From Macrostomum lignano (Eukaryota), in assembly GCA_002269645.1 (NCBI GenBank), contig NIVC01000152.1:496001-560000 (forward strand): a stretch of DNA of 64,000 nucleotides, in the 5' to 3' direction. This document shows positions 13,631-27,449 of the stretch, piece by piece. How positions within the stretch are numbered: the first letter of the stretch is position 1; the number at the start of each line of letters is the position of its first letter. The position numbers and the translations under genes were made by a program. A model generated the notes under the pieces. It saw nothing but the letters and a program-made list of their open reading frames with translations, had not been told where the DNA came from and ran no database searches.

Positions 13631-13935
13631 AATTGGCTTAATGCTTCTAAAAGTTATCAATATAATTATTGATTCTAATTCCCGTTCTGATTTCTGACTC
13701 TCATCCCGCAAAGCCGCAAGCTCCCAAGTGCCTCTCGCAAGCCTAACAAAGCCTCATTTTAGCATTTCTAATACTCCCCATCAGAAAAAAGCTTTAATTT
13801 GGGATTGCCAAAATCTTCTGTTTTCACGCGGCGCAGGGCTCATTAGAATCTCCCGGGTTTTTGGGACGCTGCAGGGCCGGTGCCTGTGTTGACTCAATAG
13901 CAGAGGTTTCGGCGCTAAATGCGGAGAGAAGAGAG

Positions 13936-13940
<5 letters not shown>

Positions 13941-13996
<56 letters not shown>
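13941..13996. repeat. (GA)n microsatellite
   Basis: Direct reading. Confidence 0.97.
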
Positions 13997-13999
<3 letters not shown>

Positions 14000-14474
14000 G
14001 GCTTGCGTTCAGCGCTCTGCCGGACCAATCGATTCAGCTGGCAGCTGCAGACGACAGAGGAGAGAGAGGGAGGGAATAAACTGCGAGGTATACAGAGGAA
14101 GTAGTAGGGTGGGGGTTTGCGGCATTGAGTGAGAATTGGGATCAGTCTGAGCTTAATCAAGTCAGTGGGGATTTTATAGCCACTAGCAGACACGAATTCC
14201 CTCGGTGATATGAGTGCCCGGTTTTTCGAGATGGGATGCTATTTGTTCTTCTTTAGTTTTAAAAGGGGAAAACCCAGTTACTCGCATAAAAAGCAGAAGT
14301 AAGAGCGATCGTATGAAATATTTCATCATCGTCAGGGATTCTGCTTCAAGGGGATTTGATATAATTCCCGTAATTATTCCCACTTCATGCTGTCAAGCGA
14401 CCTGTTGCGGCAATTCCAGCTGGCAGTCGTACTGACCACAGCAGCCAGTGCAGGAGGTGCCCCTTGTCGACTGC

Positions 14475-14523
<49 letters not shown>

Positions 14524-14710
14524 CATTGTAGTTTTTGTCGTTGTTGTTATTGGTGTTGTTATTGTTATTGTTTTGTTGTTGCTTTTGTTGTTATTGTTAT
14601 TTTTGTTGTTATTATTGTTGTTGTTATAGTTGTTGTTATTGTTGTTGTTATTGTTGCTGTTTTTGTTGCTGTCGTCGCTGTTGTCGTCGTTGTTGTTGTT
14701 TTTGTTGTTG
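14475..14710. repeat. Degenerate (TTG)n tract
   Basis: Direct reading. Confidence 0.9.
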
Positions 14711-14985
14711 CTGTTCCAGTGTTCCAGGGTGTAAAAAAGCGTGAATCAGTCAATCCTCGGACAAACACTGCGACGCGAACCAACGTCAGCTTAAGAGCGG
14801 GCTTTGCCCTAATTGATGCCGAGAGCCCAGCAAAAATCTCTATTCTTTTTAAAGAGGAAAAGGCATGGAGACAAAAAAAAGCCCAATAGCAGATATTGTG
14901 GGCATTAGAAAGCAAAAATAAAATTATTGATTTGATGCGCCATTGCGCAGGTGCAATTGACTGCGGCAATTAGCGAAGGAGTTAC

Positions 14986-15099
14986 CTGAGAGGGGAGGCT
15001 GTGAGGGAGGCCAGAGATGATGCGGCTGTCTGGACTTTCAACCTCCGGCACCGCCCGTGAGCGACATGTGATACGTGCTGGGGAGGGCGGCGCCACTTT
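14986..15099 (-). CDS. Possible exon of the unidentified gene
   Basis: ggctAG|AAA GTG GCG...TCT CAG|GTAACT, 114 nt, open, phase 0-0. No homology recognised. Confidence 0.3.
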
Positions 15100-15249
15100 C
15101 TAGCCGGTCAACAGTTCGGAGGGGGGTTGCTTGGGGGAGAGAGACGGCTGGGCAAATGCAAGTGCTTGCAGCTTTAGTATCTTTTCTTGGGGCGGGAGCC
15201 TTGTACTATTGCTGTGGCCTTGCCGTCTGTCTCTGTTCAGTGTCTCCCA

Positions 15250-15760
15250 CCTACTATCTACCTCTCCTATCTACTGTGTACTTCTCCCATTACTGTCTAC
15301 CTCTCCTATCTACTGTCTACCTCTTCCTATCTACTGTCTACCTCTCACATCTACATGTACCGTCTACTTTTCTTTTCTAGCGTCTACCTCTCCCATCTAC
15401 CGTCTACCTCTCCCATCTACCGTCTACCGCTCCCATCTACCCTCTACCTCTCTATTTACCGTCTACCTCTCCTATCTACCGTCCACCTCTCCCATCTACC
15501 GTCTACTTTTCCTATCTACCGTCTACCTCTCCCATCTACCGTCTACTTTTCCTATCTACCGTCTACCTCTCCTATCTACCGTCTACTTATCTATCTACCG
15601 TCTACCTCTCCTATCTACTGTCTACCTCTCACATCTACATGTACCGTCTACCTCTCACATCTACATGTACCGTCTACCTCTCCTATCTACCATCTACCTC
15701 TCCTATCTACCATCTACCTCTCCTATCTACTGTCTACGTTTCCTATCTACCGTCTATCTC
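15250..15760. repeat. 20-bp minisatellite (CTATCTACCGTCTACCTCTC)
   Basis: Direct reading. Three units carry a TACATGTA insertion. Confidence 0.95.
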
Positions 15761-16494
15761 CCAGATGAGAAACTCATATCTGGCTAATGCAACTCGGATT
15801 AGCATTCATCCTATCCACTTCTTAAATATTTTCCAGTATCGATTTTGTTCAATAATCAATCAGCTGACCTGAAATGCACTCACGGCACCATCACTCCCGA
15901 AATCTCTTATAAACTCCAGTTTCAGAAAGGCTTAGCTTTGAAATTCATTAGGCCAACAGATTTTGAGTAAAACTGCACTGGATTACCTGGGAATTAACCT
16001 CATACAGCTCCAATGTCTTGGTGTGGCCATAAAAATTATTTAAGAAACAGCAAAGCATCAAGCGCATCAACTGTGTTGTCTTTTCATCATCAAGAACGGA
16101 TGAGGAAGAGAGAGAGGCTGGATGGCCGGATAGGCGCGAGAGAAAGTCATTCCTTAATCCTAGCCAGCTGAGGCAAACACTGTCCTTCATCTGGTGCCCC
16201 AGTGTTGACTCAATATCGAGCGGCTGCTTCTGTCCCCACTTTGCGACACCGATGTGGAGTCATCTGAGTGCCGAAGTCCACAGCTCTGCCTTCTGCATCG
16301 AGGGAAGCTTTGATACTTGAGCGGCCCAGGCCTTGAGTCCCAACACAGCAAGCTACCAGAAATTTTTGCTGCGAGCAATCGAATACGCAAATTAGTTTTT
16401 TGAAAACCAACTTCGTGGTTTTTAAAAGAAATGTTGAGATGTTCATACTATTTGAGACCTGGATACAACAAGGCTGAAAATTATCTTGTTAGAG

Positions 16495-16814
16495 ACAGGG
16501 GGGTTGTGTGCACTCTGGCGCACTTTAAGCGACATAGGCACAACCGGCGAGAGGCATTACTGCCCATTCCGCCGACTCCCCTGAGCAGGCATACAAGCGC
16601 GCGGATACGTACGCAGGCACACACACACAGGAGTGCACAGCGGCCTTAACTGTATTTATCTTTAGGCATGTACACTTCACTGCGCCTTGGGGGTTGGCCC
16701 TCCAAGGTGTTAATTGCCCAAGCAGAACCAAGCCGAGATTCCAATTTCTGCACTTGGAATCGAGCCTGGGCCGCTGGCATATCAGAGCGCTAAGCCAAAT
16801 CACTGAGCTGGCGG
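16495..16814 (-). mobile_element. tRNA-headed SINE, second family, copy 1
   Basis: Head ...TGCCAGCGGCCCAGGCTCGATTCCAAGTGCAG is shared with 47647-47715. Body is shared with 27236-27440 and 47760-47885. Confidence 0.75.
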
Positions 16815-18259
16815 TAATCAAAGCAATGATAGCGAAAGAAGGCAAAAGAACCTCCCGTATTCTCTCGCAGATCGTGTCAATTTCACAGGCCGATTTTCTA
16901 TAGAAACTGCAACTCGCAGCAAAATTAAATGATCATTTATAAAATAGCTTGTCTGATTTGCTTCTCGAAGCCATTTCTATTTGGTTCACCCAGAATCAAC
17001 CCCAAGATTCAAATTAAATGCCCACTTTTTCACTGCACTCCAATTAGTCTAAACCTTCTGATGCCTTCGGTGACATCATCCCACACACCCATACAGCGGC
17101 TTATTTAAGGATAAACATCTGATCTGCTTCCAACAAAAAAGCAATCTGAAGTAGTTTGTTGTTGAGCAACTTTTTTAGAAAATCAAGTCTCCCGCAATTG
17201 GTACATTAAAGATTCAGATTTTAACAGGGTAAACTGGATGAGGGCAGAGGATCCAGCTGATAGGCAAGGCTCTTCTTGGTTACCCAATGGCTCAGGTGAA
17301 TTGACAAGCCATTAGCGAGCCATCAGTTGCTTACGCCGACTGCAAACGGACTGCAAACTGCAAACAATCAGAGCTGCACTTTCCCTTGCGCGGAATTTCA
17401 AAATCGGGTGAAAAGCTGCCGTTACAGCTTAGAAATCCCCGACAAGTTCCCCCCATCCCGCAGCAGCTCCGCGTCTCTCACCTGTGTGGGAAAATGAGGA
17501 ACAGGGACCACGCACGTCATTCAGCCGAAGGAGATTGGGAAGGACTGGCGGACCAGGGGAAGCGGGATGGGGCCTCTACCTTCTACCGGCCCTTCGCTTT
17601 TCCCAGCAGAAGTTGATTCCCGTGTGGGGAGAAAAAAGATTCAAATTCGAACCTTGAAGAGCGGACCAGTTGGCCAGTTCGAGAACGGCTCCGTCATTTT
17701 ACCCCCCCCTTCCCAAGGGGATTCCAGCAGCAGCACGCGCTGCAATTCTGCACTAGATGAAGCGCTTTCTAAAAATAATCCCTTCTCTGGGTTCTGCGCT
17801 GTTGTTTCAACTACTATAAGTATGAATACAAATGAACAAAGCACTCACCGGTTTGCTATGTGTGTACTCAACTGCACAGTTCTACTTTGTGATCAGCGGC
17901 TCACAATAGCACAGCTTCTATAGGCAAAGCTGCTGCCTCCTGTTAAAGAGACACAAGCCAAGCAGTTGTATTGGCGGGGGGCGGCAAGGGAGGGGAGCTC
18001 TGTTAGCCCCCGACTTCGACCCAGTCGCTGGGTAGCTCGACTCTGATTGGCTGGTGAAACTGCTGAGTGCATTCAACTAATCCTATTGTCTTTTGCCTGG
18101 CCCACCAGTCAGCATTATTGCCGGTTTGTTCACTAGCGAAGGCTGGTGTGCCATTACACTATTGCAGATCTACTTGTGTGCTAACGAACAGTCTGAACTG
18201 GGTTTAGGCTGCCTAACATTGGAGGTCAGGCTGAACCAGACTGCGATTGAGTGTCAGGG

Positions 18260-19750
18260 CTGGCTGACAGTTTGTATGTCAGCCTGTATCAGAACTGCTG
18301 ACAGTTTGTATGTCAGGCTGTATCAGGGCTGCTGACAGGGTGTATGTCAGCCTGTATCAGAACTGCTGACAGTTTGTATGTCAGGCTGTATCAGGGCTGC
18401 TGACAGGGTGTATGTCAGCCTGTATCAGGGCTGCTGACAGGGTGTATGTCAGCCTGTATCAGTGCTGCTGACAGTTTGTATGTCAGCCTGTATCAGAACT
18501 GCTGACAGGGTGTATGTCAGGCTGTATCAGTGCTGCTGACAGTTTGTATGTCAGCCTGTATCAGAACTGCTGACAGTTTGCATGTCAGGCTGTATCAGGG
18601 CTGCTGACAGGGTGTATGTCAGCCTGTATCAGGGCTGCTGACAGGGTGTATGTCAGCCTGTATCAGTGCTGCTGACAGGGTGTATGTCAGGCTGTATCAG
18701 GGCTGCTTACAGGGTGTATGTCAGCCTGTATCAGGACTGCTGACAGGGTGTATGTCAGCCTGTATCAGTGCTGCTGACAGGGTGTATGTCAGGCTGTATC
18801 AGGGCTGCTTACAGGGTGTATGTCAGCCTGTATCAGGGCTGCTGACAGGGTGTATGTCAGCCTGTATCAGTGCTGCTGACAGGGTGTATGTCAGGCTGTA
18901 TCAGGGCTGCTTACAGGGTGTATGTCAGCCTGTATCAGGACTGCTGACAGGGTGTATGTCAGCCTGTATCAGGGCTGCTGACAGGGTGTATGTCAGGCTG
19001 TATCAGTGCTGCTTACAGGGTGTATGTCAGGCTGTATCAGGGCTGCTTATAGGGTGTATGTCAGGCTGTATCAGGGCTGCTGACAGGGTGTATGTCAGGC
19101 TGTATCAGGGCTGCTTATAGGGTGTATGTCAGGCTGTATCAGGGCTGCTTACAGGGTGTATGTCAGGCTGTATCAGGACTGCTGACAGGGTGTATGTCAG
19201 GCTGTATCAGTGCTGCTGACAGTTTGTATGTCAGCCTGTATCAGAACTGCTGACAGTTTGTATGTCAGGCTGTATCAGGGCTGCTGACAGGGTGTATGTC
19301 AGCCTGTATCAGGGCTGCTGACAGGATGTATGTCAGCCTGTATCAGTGCTGCTGACAGGGTGTATGTCAGGCTGTATCAGGGCTGCTTACAAGGTGTATG
19401 TCAGGCTGTATCAGGGCTGCTGACAGGGTGTATGTCAGCCTGTATCAGGGCTGCTGACAGGATGTATGTCAGCCTGTATCAGTGCTGCTGACAGGGTGTA
19501 TGTCAGGCTGTATCAGGGCTGCTTACAGGGTGTATGTCAGCTTGTATCAGGACTGCTGACAGGGTGTATGTCAGGCTGTATCAGTGCTGCTTACAGGGTG
19601 TATGTCAGGCTGTATCAGGGCTGCTTACAGGGTGTATGTCAGCCTGTATCAGGGCTGCTTACAGGGTGTATGTCAGCCTGTATCAGGGCTGCTTATAGGG
19701 TGTATGTCAGGCTGTATCAGGACTGCTGACAGGGTGTATGTCAGGCTGTA
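18260..19750. repeat. 34-bp minisatellite with internal inverted repeat
   Basis: TGTATGTCAGCCTGTATCAGGGCTGCTGACAGGG, about 44 copies. TGTCAGC/GCTGACA stem. Confidence 0.97.
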
Positions 19751-20654
19751 CAATGCTGTAATTCTAGAAAATTTGGCAGAGTTTAACTCGCAGGCTTGAG
19801 AGAAACCTCAGACAGTATCATACGACAGATCAGAATCGATAATTTGTATTGACCAGGCTGCTCACAACTCAGTTTTCCACAGCCACTCTGTGTCCCCGCG
19901 CCTGTTGGACCTTGCAGTGCAGCAGACGGGCTGGTAGACAACTGCAGAAGGGTGCGAAGCAGTCCAGTCTATTTCTATTATAGAACTGATTGATTAATTC
20001 TTTGGAAGTGGATGGAGTGCAAGGGCTGAGGGGGTGAAAGGGGGCGGATGTGGAGGTAAAGTTTGTTTCCATTAGCTAAACTGCGATTTAGCCAGTAGTG
20101 CAAACTGCCTGCTCCTGACTTACCCACTGGCTGGGGTAGGTTGAGCAAAACATTCAAGCAGAATCAACCCGTAATCATAGGGCCCGGCAGCGAGGGCAGG
20201 GCCTACCTAGCTGCTAGGCTGAAGCCATGCAGATATTCTCGCTATGTTTTGATAGGCAGCGAATATGTGGATGGCAAATAGCTTGCATTGAATAATTCAG
20301 TCGCCTTCCATCATAAAAAAAGAAGTGGCGCTGTGTGTTGTAGCTTTTCCAGCTCGGCTGCAAAATCTGCTACTTCACTGATCCTTCTTGACTTCCCCCT
20401 CTCTTGGTAGTCTGGCATCAAATAAGGCTGCTTTTAGGGGCAGGCCGCTGAATTATTGAGCAGCCGTTCTTTGCACAGCTTACCTGGTTTAGCAGATTAG
20501 TTAGTTACTGTGCTCGATTAATTAATTCCCCAGCGGGTTAATCAAGTTTGCCATATTAGAATTTGGGGGCTTTGTAGGCACCGACTGTGCGCTCCATCTG
20601 CAGATCTGCGAAGTCACCAAGTGCTGAATTGCGTGGAGGGATAGTGTGGAGGGA

Positions 20655-21430
20655 CTTCCTGTTAGACACTTGTGTCCTGTTAGACACTTGCATCCTGTTA
20701 GACACTTGCATCCTGTTAGACACTTGCATCCTGTTAGACAATTGTATCCTGTTAGACACTTGCATCCTGTTAGACAATGTGCATTCTGTTAGACAATGTG
20801 CATTCTGTTAGACAATGTGCATTATGTTAGACACTTGCATCTTGTTAGACACTTGCATCCTGTTAGACACTTGCATCCTGTTAGACACTTGCATCTTGTT
20901 AGACAATTGCATCCTGTTAGAGACTTGCATCTTGTTAGACACTTGCATCCTGTTAGACACTTGCATCCTGTTAGACACTTGCATCCTGTTAGACAATTGC
21001 ATCCTGTTAGAGACTTGCATCTTGTTAGACACTTGCATCCTGTTAGACACTTGCATCTTGTTAGACACTTGCATCTTGTTAGACACTTGCATCCTGTTAG
21101 AGACTTGCATCTTGTTAGACACTTGCATCCTGTTAGACACTTGCATCCTGTTAGACACTTGCATCCTGTTAGACAATTGCATCCTGTTAGAGACTTGCAT
21201 CTTGTTAGACACTTGCATCCTGTTAGACACTTGCATCTTGTTAGACACTTGCATCCTGTTAGACACTTGCATCTTGTTAGACACTTGCATCCTGTTAGAC
21301 AATTGTATCCTGTTAGACACTTGCATCCTGTTAGACACTTGCATCTTGTTAGACAATGTGCATTCTGTTAGACAATGTGCATTCTGTTAGACAATGTGCA
21401 TTATGTTAGACAATGGCATCCTGTTAGATA
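20655..21430. repeat. 18-bp minisatellite (TGTTAGACACTTGCATCC)
   Basis: Direct reading. Confidence 0.97.
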
Positions 21431-21839
21431 AACGTATCCTGTTAGATCACAATTTTTGAATTAGAGCAGAGCTGTTCAATATCGCGTACTTTTATTAAGT
21501 CGGAAAATCAAAGCGGTGTGAAACCAGTTCAGCGCTCAATTAGCTGGAAAGAGACTGAACGAAACCTGAGAACTTGAATTTGAGCAGCTGGATTATTTGC
21601 TCAACTAATGGGAAGTTAAAGTAAACTCAAGCACAGATTGAGAGCAGCTTTCTCCTTTTGCGACTGCCTCAGTTGTGGCCAACATCGTCGAAAAATTTGT
21701 TTTTCAATGATATCATCGAATTCAAAAAATAGGGTGCCTACTTTTAGTAGGCTGCTCCGAATTTTTAGTATTTAAATATAGATTTTAATCAATTGAGACG
21801 CAAAAATCTTAAACAGATTCTCAGAACTCTTTTGTGAAG

Positions 21840-22195
21840 AGTTTAGTTTGTGAAGTGTCCAGTTTGTGAAGTGTCCAGTTTGTGAAGTGTCCAGTTTGTG
21901 AAGTGTCCAGTTCGTGAAGTGTCCAGTTTGTGAAGTGTCCAGTTTGTGAAGTGTCCAGTTTGTGAAGTATCCAGTTTGTGAAGTGTCCAGTTTGTGAAGT
22001 GTCCAGTTTGTGAAGTGTCCAGTTTGTGAAGTATCCAGTTTGTGAAGTGTCCAGTTTGTGAAGTGTCCAGTTTGTGAAGTGTCCAGTTTGTGAAGTGTCC
22101 AGTTTGTGAAGAGTCCAGTTTGTGAAGTGTCCAGTTTGTGAAGTGCCCAGTTTGTGAAGTGTCCAGTTTGTGAAGTATCCAGTTTGTGAAAGCGC
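21840..22195. repeat. 16-bp minisatellite (CCAGTTTGTGAAGTGT)
   Basis: Direct reading. Confidence 0.97.
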
Positions 22196-22831
22196 CACTT
22201 CCTTCTTACAGAACCGGATTCAAACCCGGGAGCCTTCGATACAAAGTTCTCTGAGAAATTGAAACGACGCTCTGAGGGGCGGGAAAAATGACTGGCTCGA
22301 ATCCAGCTGAGCCTGAATAAAAACGTGCCCTATTCGGTTTTAGAACCTCGGAGACACCGGATGCTTGTTGCGCTTTCATAATGAAGCTTTCAAGTCACGC
22401 ACAGATGACAATAATTTCTGACTGAGTATTTAATTACAAAAAGCAGAGTTTAATGACGCACGATGCCAGACTGAGTTTTTTCTTGATTTCAGAGATAAAA
22501 AACCCAGAGAGACTGTAAAAAATTTGCGCCCAAGCAAAAACCAACGATTTCCTAGGTAACAATAAAGAACGCAGCAAGGTGATTAATTAGTAAAATAAAG
22601 TTAACAGAGAACTCTTGCATTCGATGTTTACTGGAGAGATTCTTTAGCGACAGTCCTGTTTGGAAAAAGGTCGCTAGCGAGCATGGTCGTTCCAAACTTT
22701 TTCATCCGGCATCTGGCATGCTCACAACCTAGCTAGTCAAGTGCTCAGGGCGCTGTCTGAAGACCAACTAGCTGTTTAAGCTCGAGGGTTTGAGATTGGC
22801 ACCTGCTTTAACAGTACTCAAGGCTGCCATA

Positions 22832-23953
22832 TCACAACTGCCGCCTCCGACCGCTGCAAGTCAACAGGCGCTTGAATGCCTTTCTGAAGTCCCGGTTGAA
22901 CACCGTGTAGATGACGGGGTTCAGCGCGCTGTTGCAGTAGCCCAGCCAGAAGAAGAAGTCGAACAGCAGGTGCGGCACGCAGCCGCAGAAAGTGTCGGCC
23001 AGGTAGGTGGAGAAAAACGGCAGCCAGCAGGCGACGAAGGCGCCAACGATGAGGCCAACGATCACGGTGGCCCGGCGCTCCTTGCTGCGCGCCATCTTGC
23101 GCTGCTTCCGCATCGCCCGCCGCAACTCCTGGTCGCCGCTGGCCTCTTCGCCAGCCGTCGGCGCCGTCTCGCCGTCTAGCGTCCTCAGCGGCAGTTCGCA
23201 GCGGGGTGCCGACTGATCGACGCCGATGTCGCCTCCTCCGCCGCCGACGCCGCCACCGCCGGCTCCTCGCTGGTGTCCCCGACGTCGCTGGGCCCGCCGC
23301 CTGGCCACCAGGAAGATGCGCAGGTAGACAATGAGCATGATGAGCATGGGGATGTAGAAGCTGGCGATGCTGGAGTACAGCACGTAGCCGGGGTCGCTGG
23401 TCAGCTCGCAGGTGGCCGCGCTGGCCTGCGGCTTCCGCCAGCCGAGCAGCGGCGGCAGGCAGACCATGGCGGACAGCAGCCACACCGTTGCCATCATGCC
23501 AGCTGCTCGACGCTTCGTCCGGCTCTGCGGGTACGTCAGCGCCTGCGAGACGCTCCAGTAGCGGTCCAGACTGATGAGGCACAGGTGGGTGATGCTGGAG
23601 GTGCACATCAACACGTCGATGGCCAGCCAGAGCTCGCACCAGCGCCGCCCGAACACCCAGGCGTTGAGCAGCTGGTTGGACAGCGAGAACGGCATCACCA
23701 GCAGGCCCAGGAGGAGGTCGGCAAAGGCCAGGGACGCCAAAAACCAGTTCTGCACCCCGCTGACCTTCTTGTCCAGCCAGATTGCTAGTATGACCAGCAG
23801 GTTGCCAAGGACTACTAGGACCCAGACTGCGGCGATGGCCAGGGCGATAGCCGCGGCCGCCGGCACCGGGTACTTCAGGCAGGGCGGCGAGGCGGCATCA
23901 GCTGGCGTGGCGTTGGAAGCTCGCGAGAGTTGAGTGGCGTTGCAGCTGCCCAT
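22832..23953 (-). CDS. ADRA2: Class A aminergic GPCR, alpha2-adrenergic / Oct-alpha2R-like (373 aa, uninterrupted ORF)
   Basis: Seven hydrophobic segments. GN (TM1), LAFAD (TM2), D3.32 in [29 protein letters not shown] (TM5), CWLPFFSTY (TM6), [28 protein letters not shown] (TM7/H8). Two N-terminal NAT sequons. Confidence 0.9.
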   Translation of the reverse strand: MGSCNATQLSRASNATPADAASPPCLKYPVPAAAAIALAIAAVWVLVVLGNLLVILAIWLDKKVSGVQNWFLASLAFADLLLGLLVMPFSLSNQLLNAWVFGRRWCELWLAIDVLMCTSSITHLCLISLDRYWSVSQALTYPQSRTKRRAAGMMATVWLLSAMVCLPPLLGWRKPQASAATCELTSDPGYVLYSSIASFYIPMLIMLIVYLRIFLVARRRAQRRRGHQRGAGGGGVGGGGGDIGVDQSAPRCELPLRTLDGETAPTAGEEASGDQELRRAMRKQRKMARSKERRATVIVGLIVGAFVACWLPFFSTYLADTFCGCVPHLLFDFFFWLGYCNSALNPVIYTVFNRDFRKAFKRLLTCSGRRRQL

Positions 23954-24009
23954 CTGGATGCCGCCTGGAGGCTGGGGTTGTTTGCGGAAGACTGAGAAAT
24001 CAATTTATC

Positions 24010-25190
<1,181 letters not shown>

Positions 25191-25904
25191 AAATCTAGAG
25201 ATATCTATCTATCTAGTGCTCATCATCAAAGTTAATTAGGCATCAGGTAATATCAAAAGGTAAATAAAAATGCACTCGGAAAACCTTAAACCGGACGCGA
25301 ACTCAATGCATGCAGTTCTAGCTAGTATATGACCTAGCCATTTGTCAATGAGCGCAGAGCCAACTTATCCAGACAGCAGTCCAGTGTCACAATAGCCAGG
25401 GGTTTAGCTTAGCAACTTTTGCTATGCTTTTTGATGCACTTTCACTACTACCTGCAATTCAAGCTTCACTCGACTCTCTCTCTCTCTCTTTGCTGAGAGC
25501 TCAGATCGATATTCCGCTCACACAAGCCAAGTGTGCGTCGCCGCTGCCTCTCCAAACAGTCCCCCCTCACGCAGTCTCCGCCTACGGGCCTGCCTCATCC
25601 ATCACGGATTCTGGAGGCACTCAGCGTCGCTTGGCTTCATCACCTTCGGCTCGATTGCCTGTTTATTCCCCAGCTGAGCCGCTCTCTCACGAACTAGATG
25701 AAAGACGAGGCGGTGAATTAGCGGACTTAAGCCCCCGCTTAAGCCGAGAAAAAGCCCGGCTGCTCAAACATCAGACTAATAAATCCGTGCTGTTGAGAGC
25801 TCTCGACAGTCAGGCAGCAGGAGTCCGTCAGCAAAGCTCGCACGCGACTGAGAGAGCTGAGTGGAATTTAACCGGCTGGGAAATGGCGCCTCTGTAACCG
25901 ACTC

Positions 25905-26615
25905 ATGGCGCCACAATAACAGACCCCATGGCGCCACAATATCAGACCCCATGGCGCCACAATAACAGACCCCATGGCGCTACAATAACAGACCCCATGG
26001 CGCTACAATAACAGACCCCATGGCGCCACAATAACAGACCCCATGGCGCTACAATAACAGACCCCATGGCGCCACAATAACAGACCCCATGGCGCCACAA
26101 TTACAGACCCCATAGCGCCACAATAACAGACCCCATGGCGCCACAATAACAGATCCCATGGCGCCACAATAACAGACCCCATGGCGCCACAATAACAGAC
26201 CCCATAGCGCCACAATACCAGACCCCATGGCGCCACAATAACAGACCCCATGGCGCCACAATTACAGACCCCATAGCGCCACAATAACAGACTCCATGGC
26301 GCCACAATTACAGACCCCATGGCGCTACAATAACAGACCTCATAGCGCCACAATAACAGACCCAATCGCGCCACAATAACAGACCCCATGGCGCCACAAT
26401 ATTAGACCCCATGGCGCCACAATAGCAGACCCCATGGCGCCATAATAGCAGACCCCATGGCGCCACAATACCAGACCACATGGCGCCACAATTACAGATC
26501 CCATGGCGTCACAACTACAGACCCATGGCGCCACAATAACAGACCCCATAGCGCCACAATAACAGATCCCATGGCGCCACAATAACAGATCCCATGGCGC
26601 CACAAATACAGATCC
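25905..26615. repeat. 23-bp minisatellite (CATGGCGCCACAATAACAGACCC)
   Basis: About 30 copies. Confidence 0.97.
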
Positions 26616-26900
26616 CATGGTACCCAGAAATCGAAGCAGCAGACAGAAGCACAAAGGACTTACAGTAGCCACAAAAGCAGCAAGGTTAGCAACAGATTGC
26701 AACAACTGTTTGAGAAGCTAACAAAAGCTCTTTACGCATAAATTCTGGCTCAGCAACAAGGAATTTTTCCGTCAGATTTGTCAGCGTCTCTCCGTATTGA
26801 ACAGCCGCTATTTCTCCCCCTGATTCCTCTCGCTGCCCTCGTCTTATTCGCAAAGTCAATGCATTGCAAGTTGTCCTTAAGCCACAGATCCCAACGATTG

Positions 26901-26905
<5 letters not shown>

Positions 26906-26948
<43 letters not shown>
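26906..26948. repeat. (CT)n microsatellite
   Basis: Direct reading. Confidence 0.95.
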
Positions 26949-26954
<6 letters not shown>

Positions 26955-27235
26955 CGTCTTGCCCATTCCTTCGGGAGGCTCGGCTCACCCACCTGTCTTG
27001 TTTCAAGGCTAATGGCGAGGTTCCAAGATCTGGGCCGGCAGCTACTGATAACGGAATGTGGGGTTTCGGTTTGTTTGGCTACGGTCCGGTCGATTTTGTT
27101 GCTAGCTGCTGTCTCACAGATAATTGATCTGTGATTAGCAATGATCTCACGGATTTTACGGGATGGAGAATGCGCCTAAGTTGCTTTGATGACAGGCACC
27201 CCAGTTGGGCGCTAAGCTTCTTGTTCTTATTAGTG

Positions 27236-27440
27236 GCGGGGGGTTGTGCGCACCCTGGTGCACTTTAAGCGACATTGTCACACAACCGGCGAGAGGCATT
27301 GCCTCTCCCCTGAGCAGGCACACAAGCGCGCGGATACGTACGCAGTCATACGCACAGGCACACACTCACACAGGAGTGTACAGCGGTTCTACTTTATTTA
27401 TCGGTAGGCATGTACACTTCATGCTTTGGGGGTTGGCCCT
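27236..27440 (-). mobile_element. Second SINE family, 5'-truncated copy
   Basis: High similarity to 16495-16710 (GCACTTTAAGCGACA, CAACCGGCGAGAGGCATT, CAAGCGCGCGGATACGTACGCAG). No tRNA head. Confidence 0.8.
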
Positions 27441-27449
27441 TAGTTGGCC

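Noticed and set aside
14475-14710. Poly-Q/N/T coding exon from the degenerate CAA repeat
   Set aside because: There are stops in the Gln frame and no convincing splice sites, so it is best explained as a decaying microsatellite.
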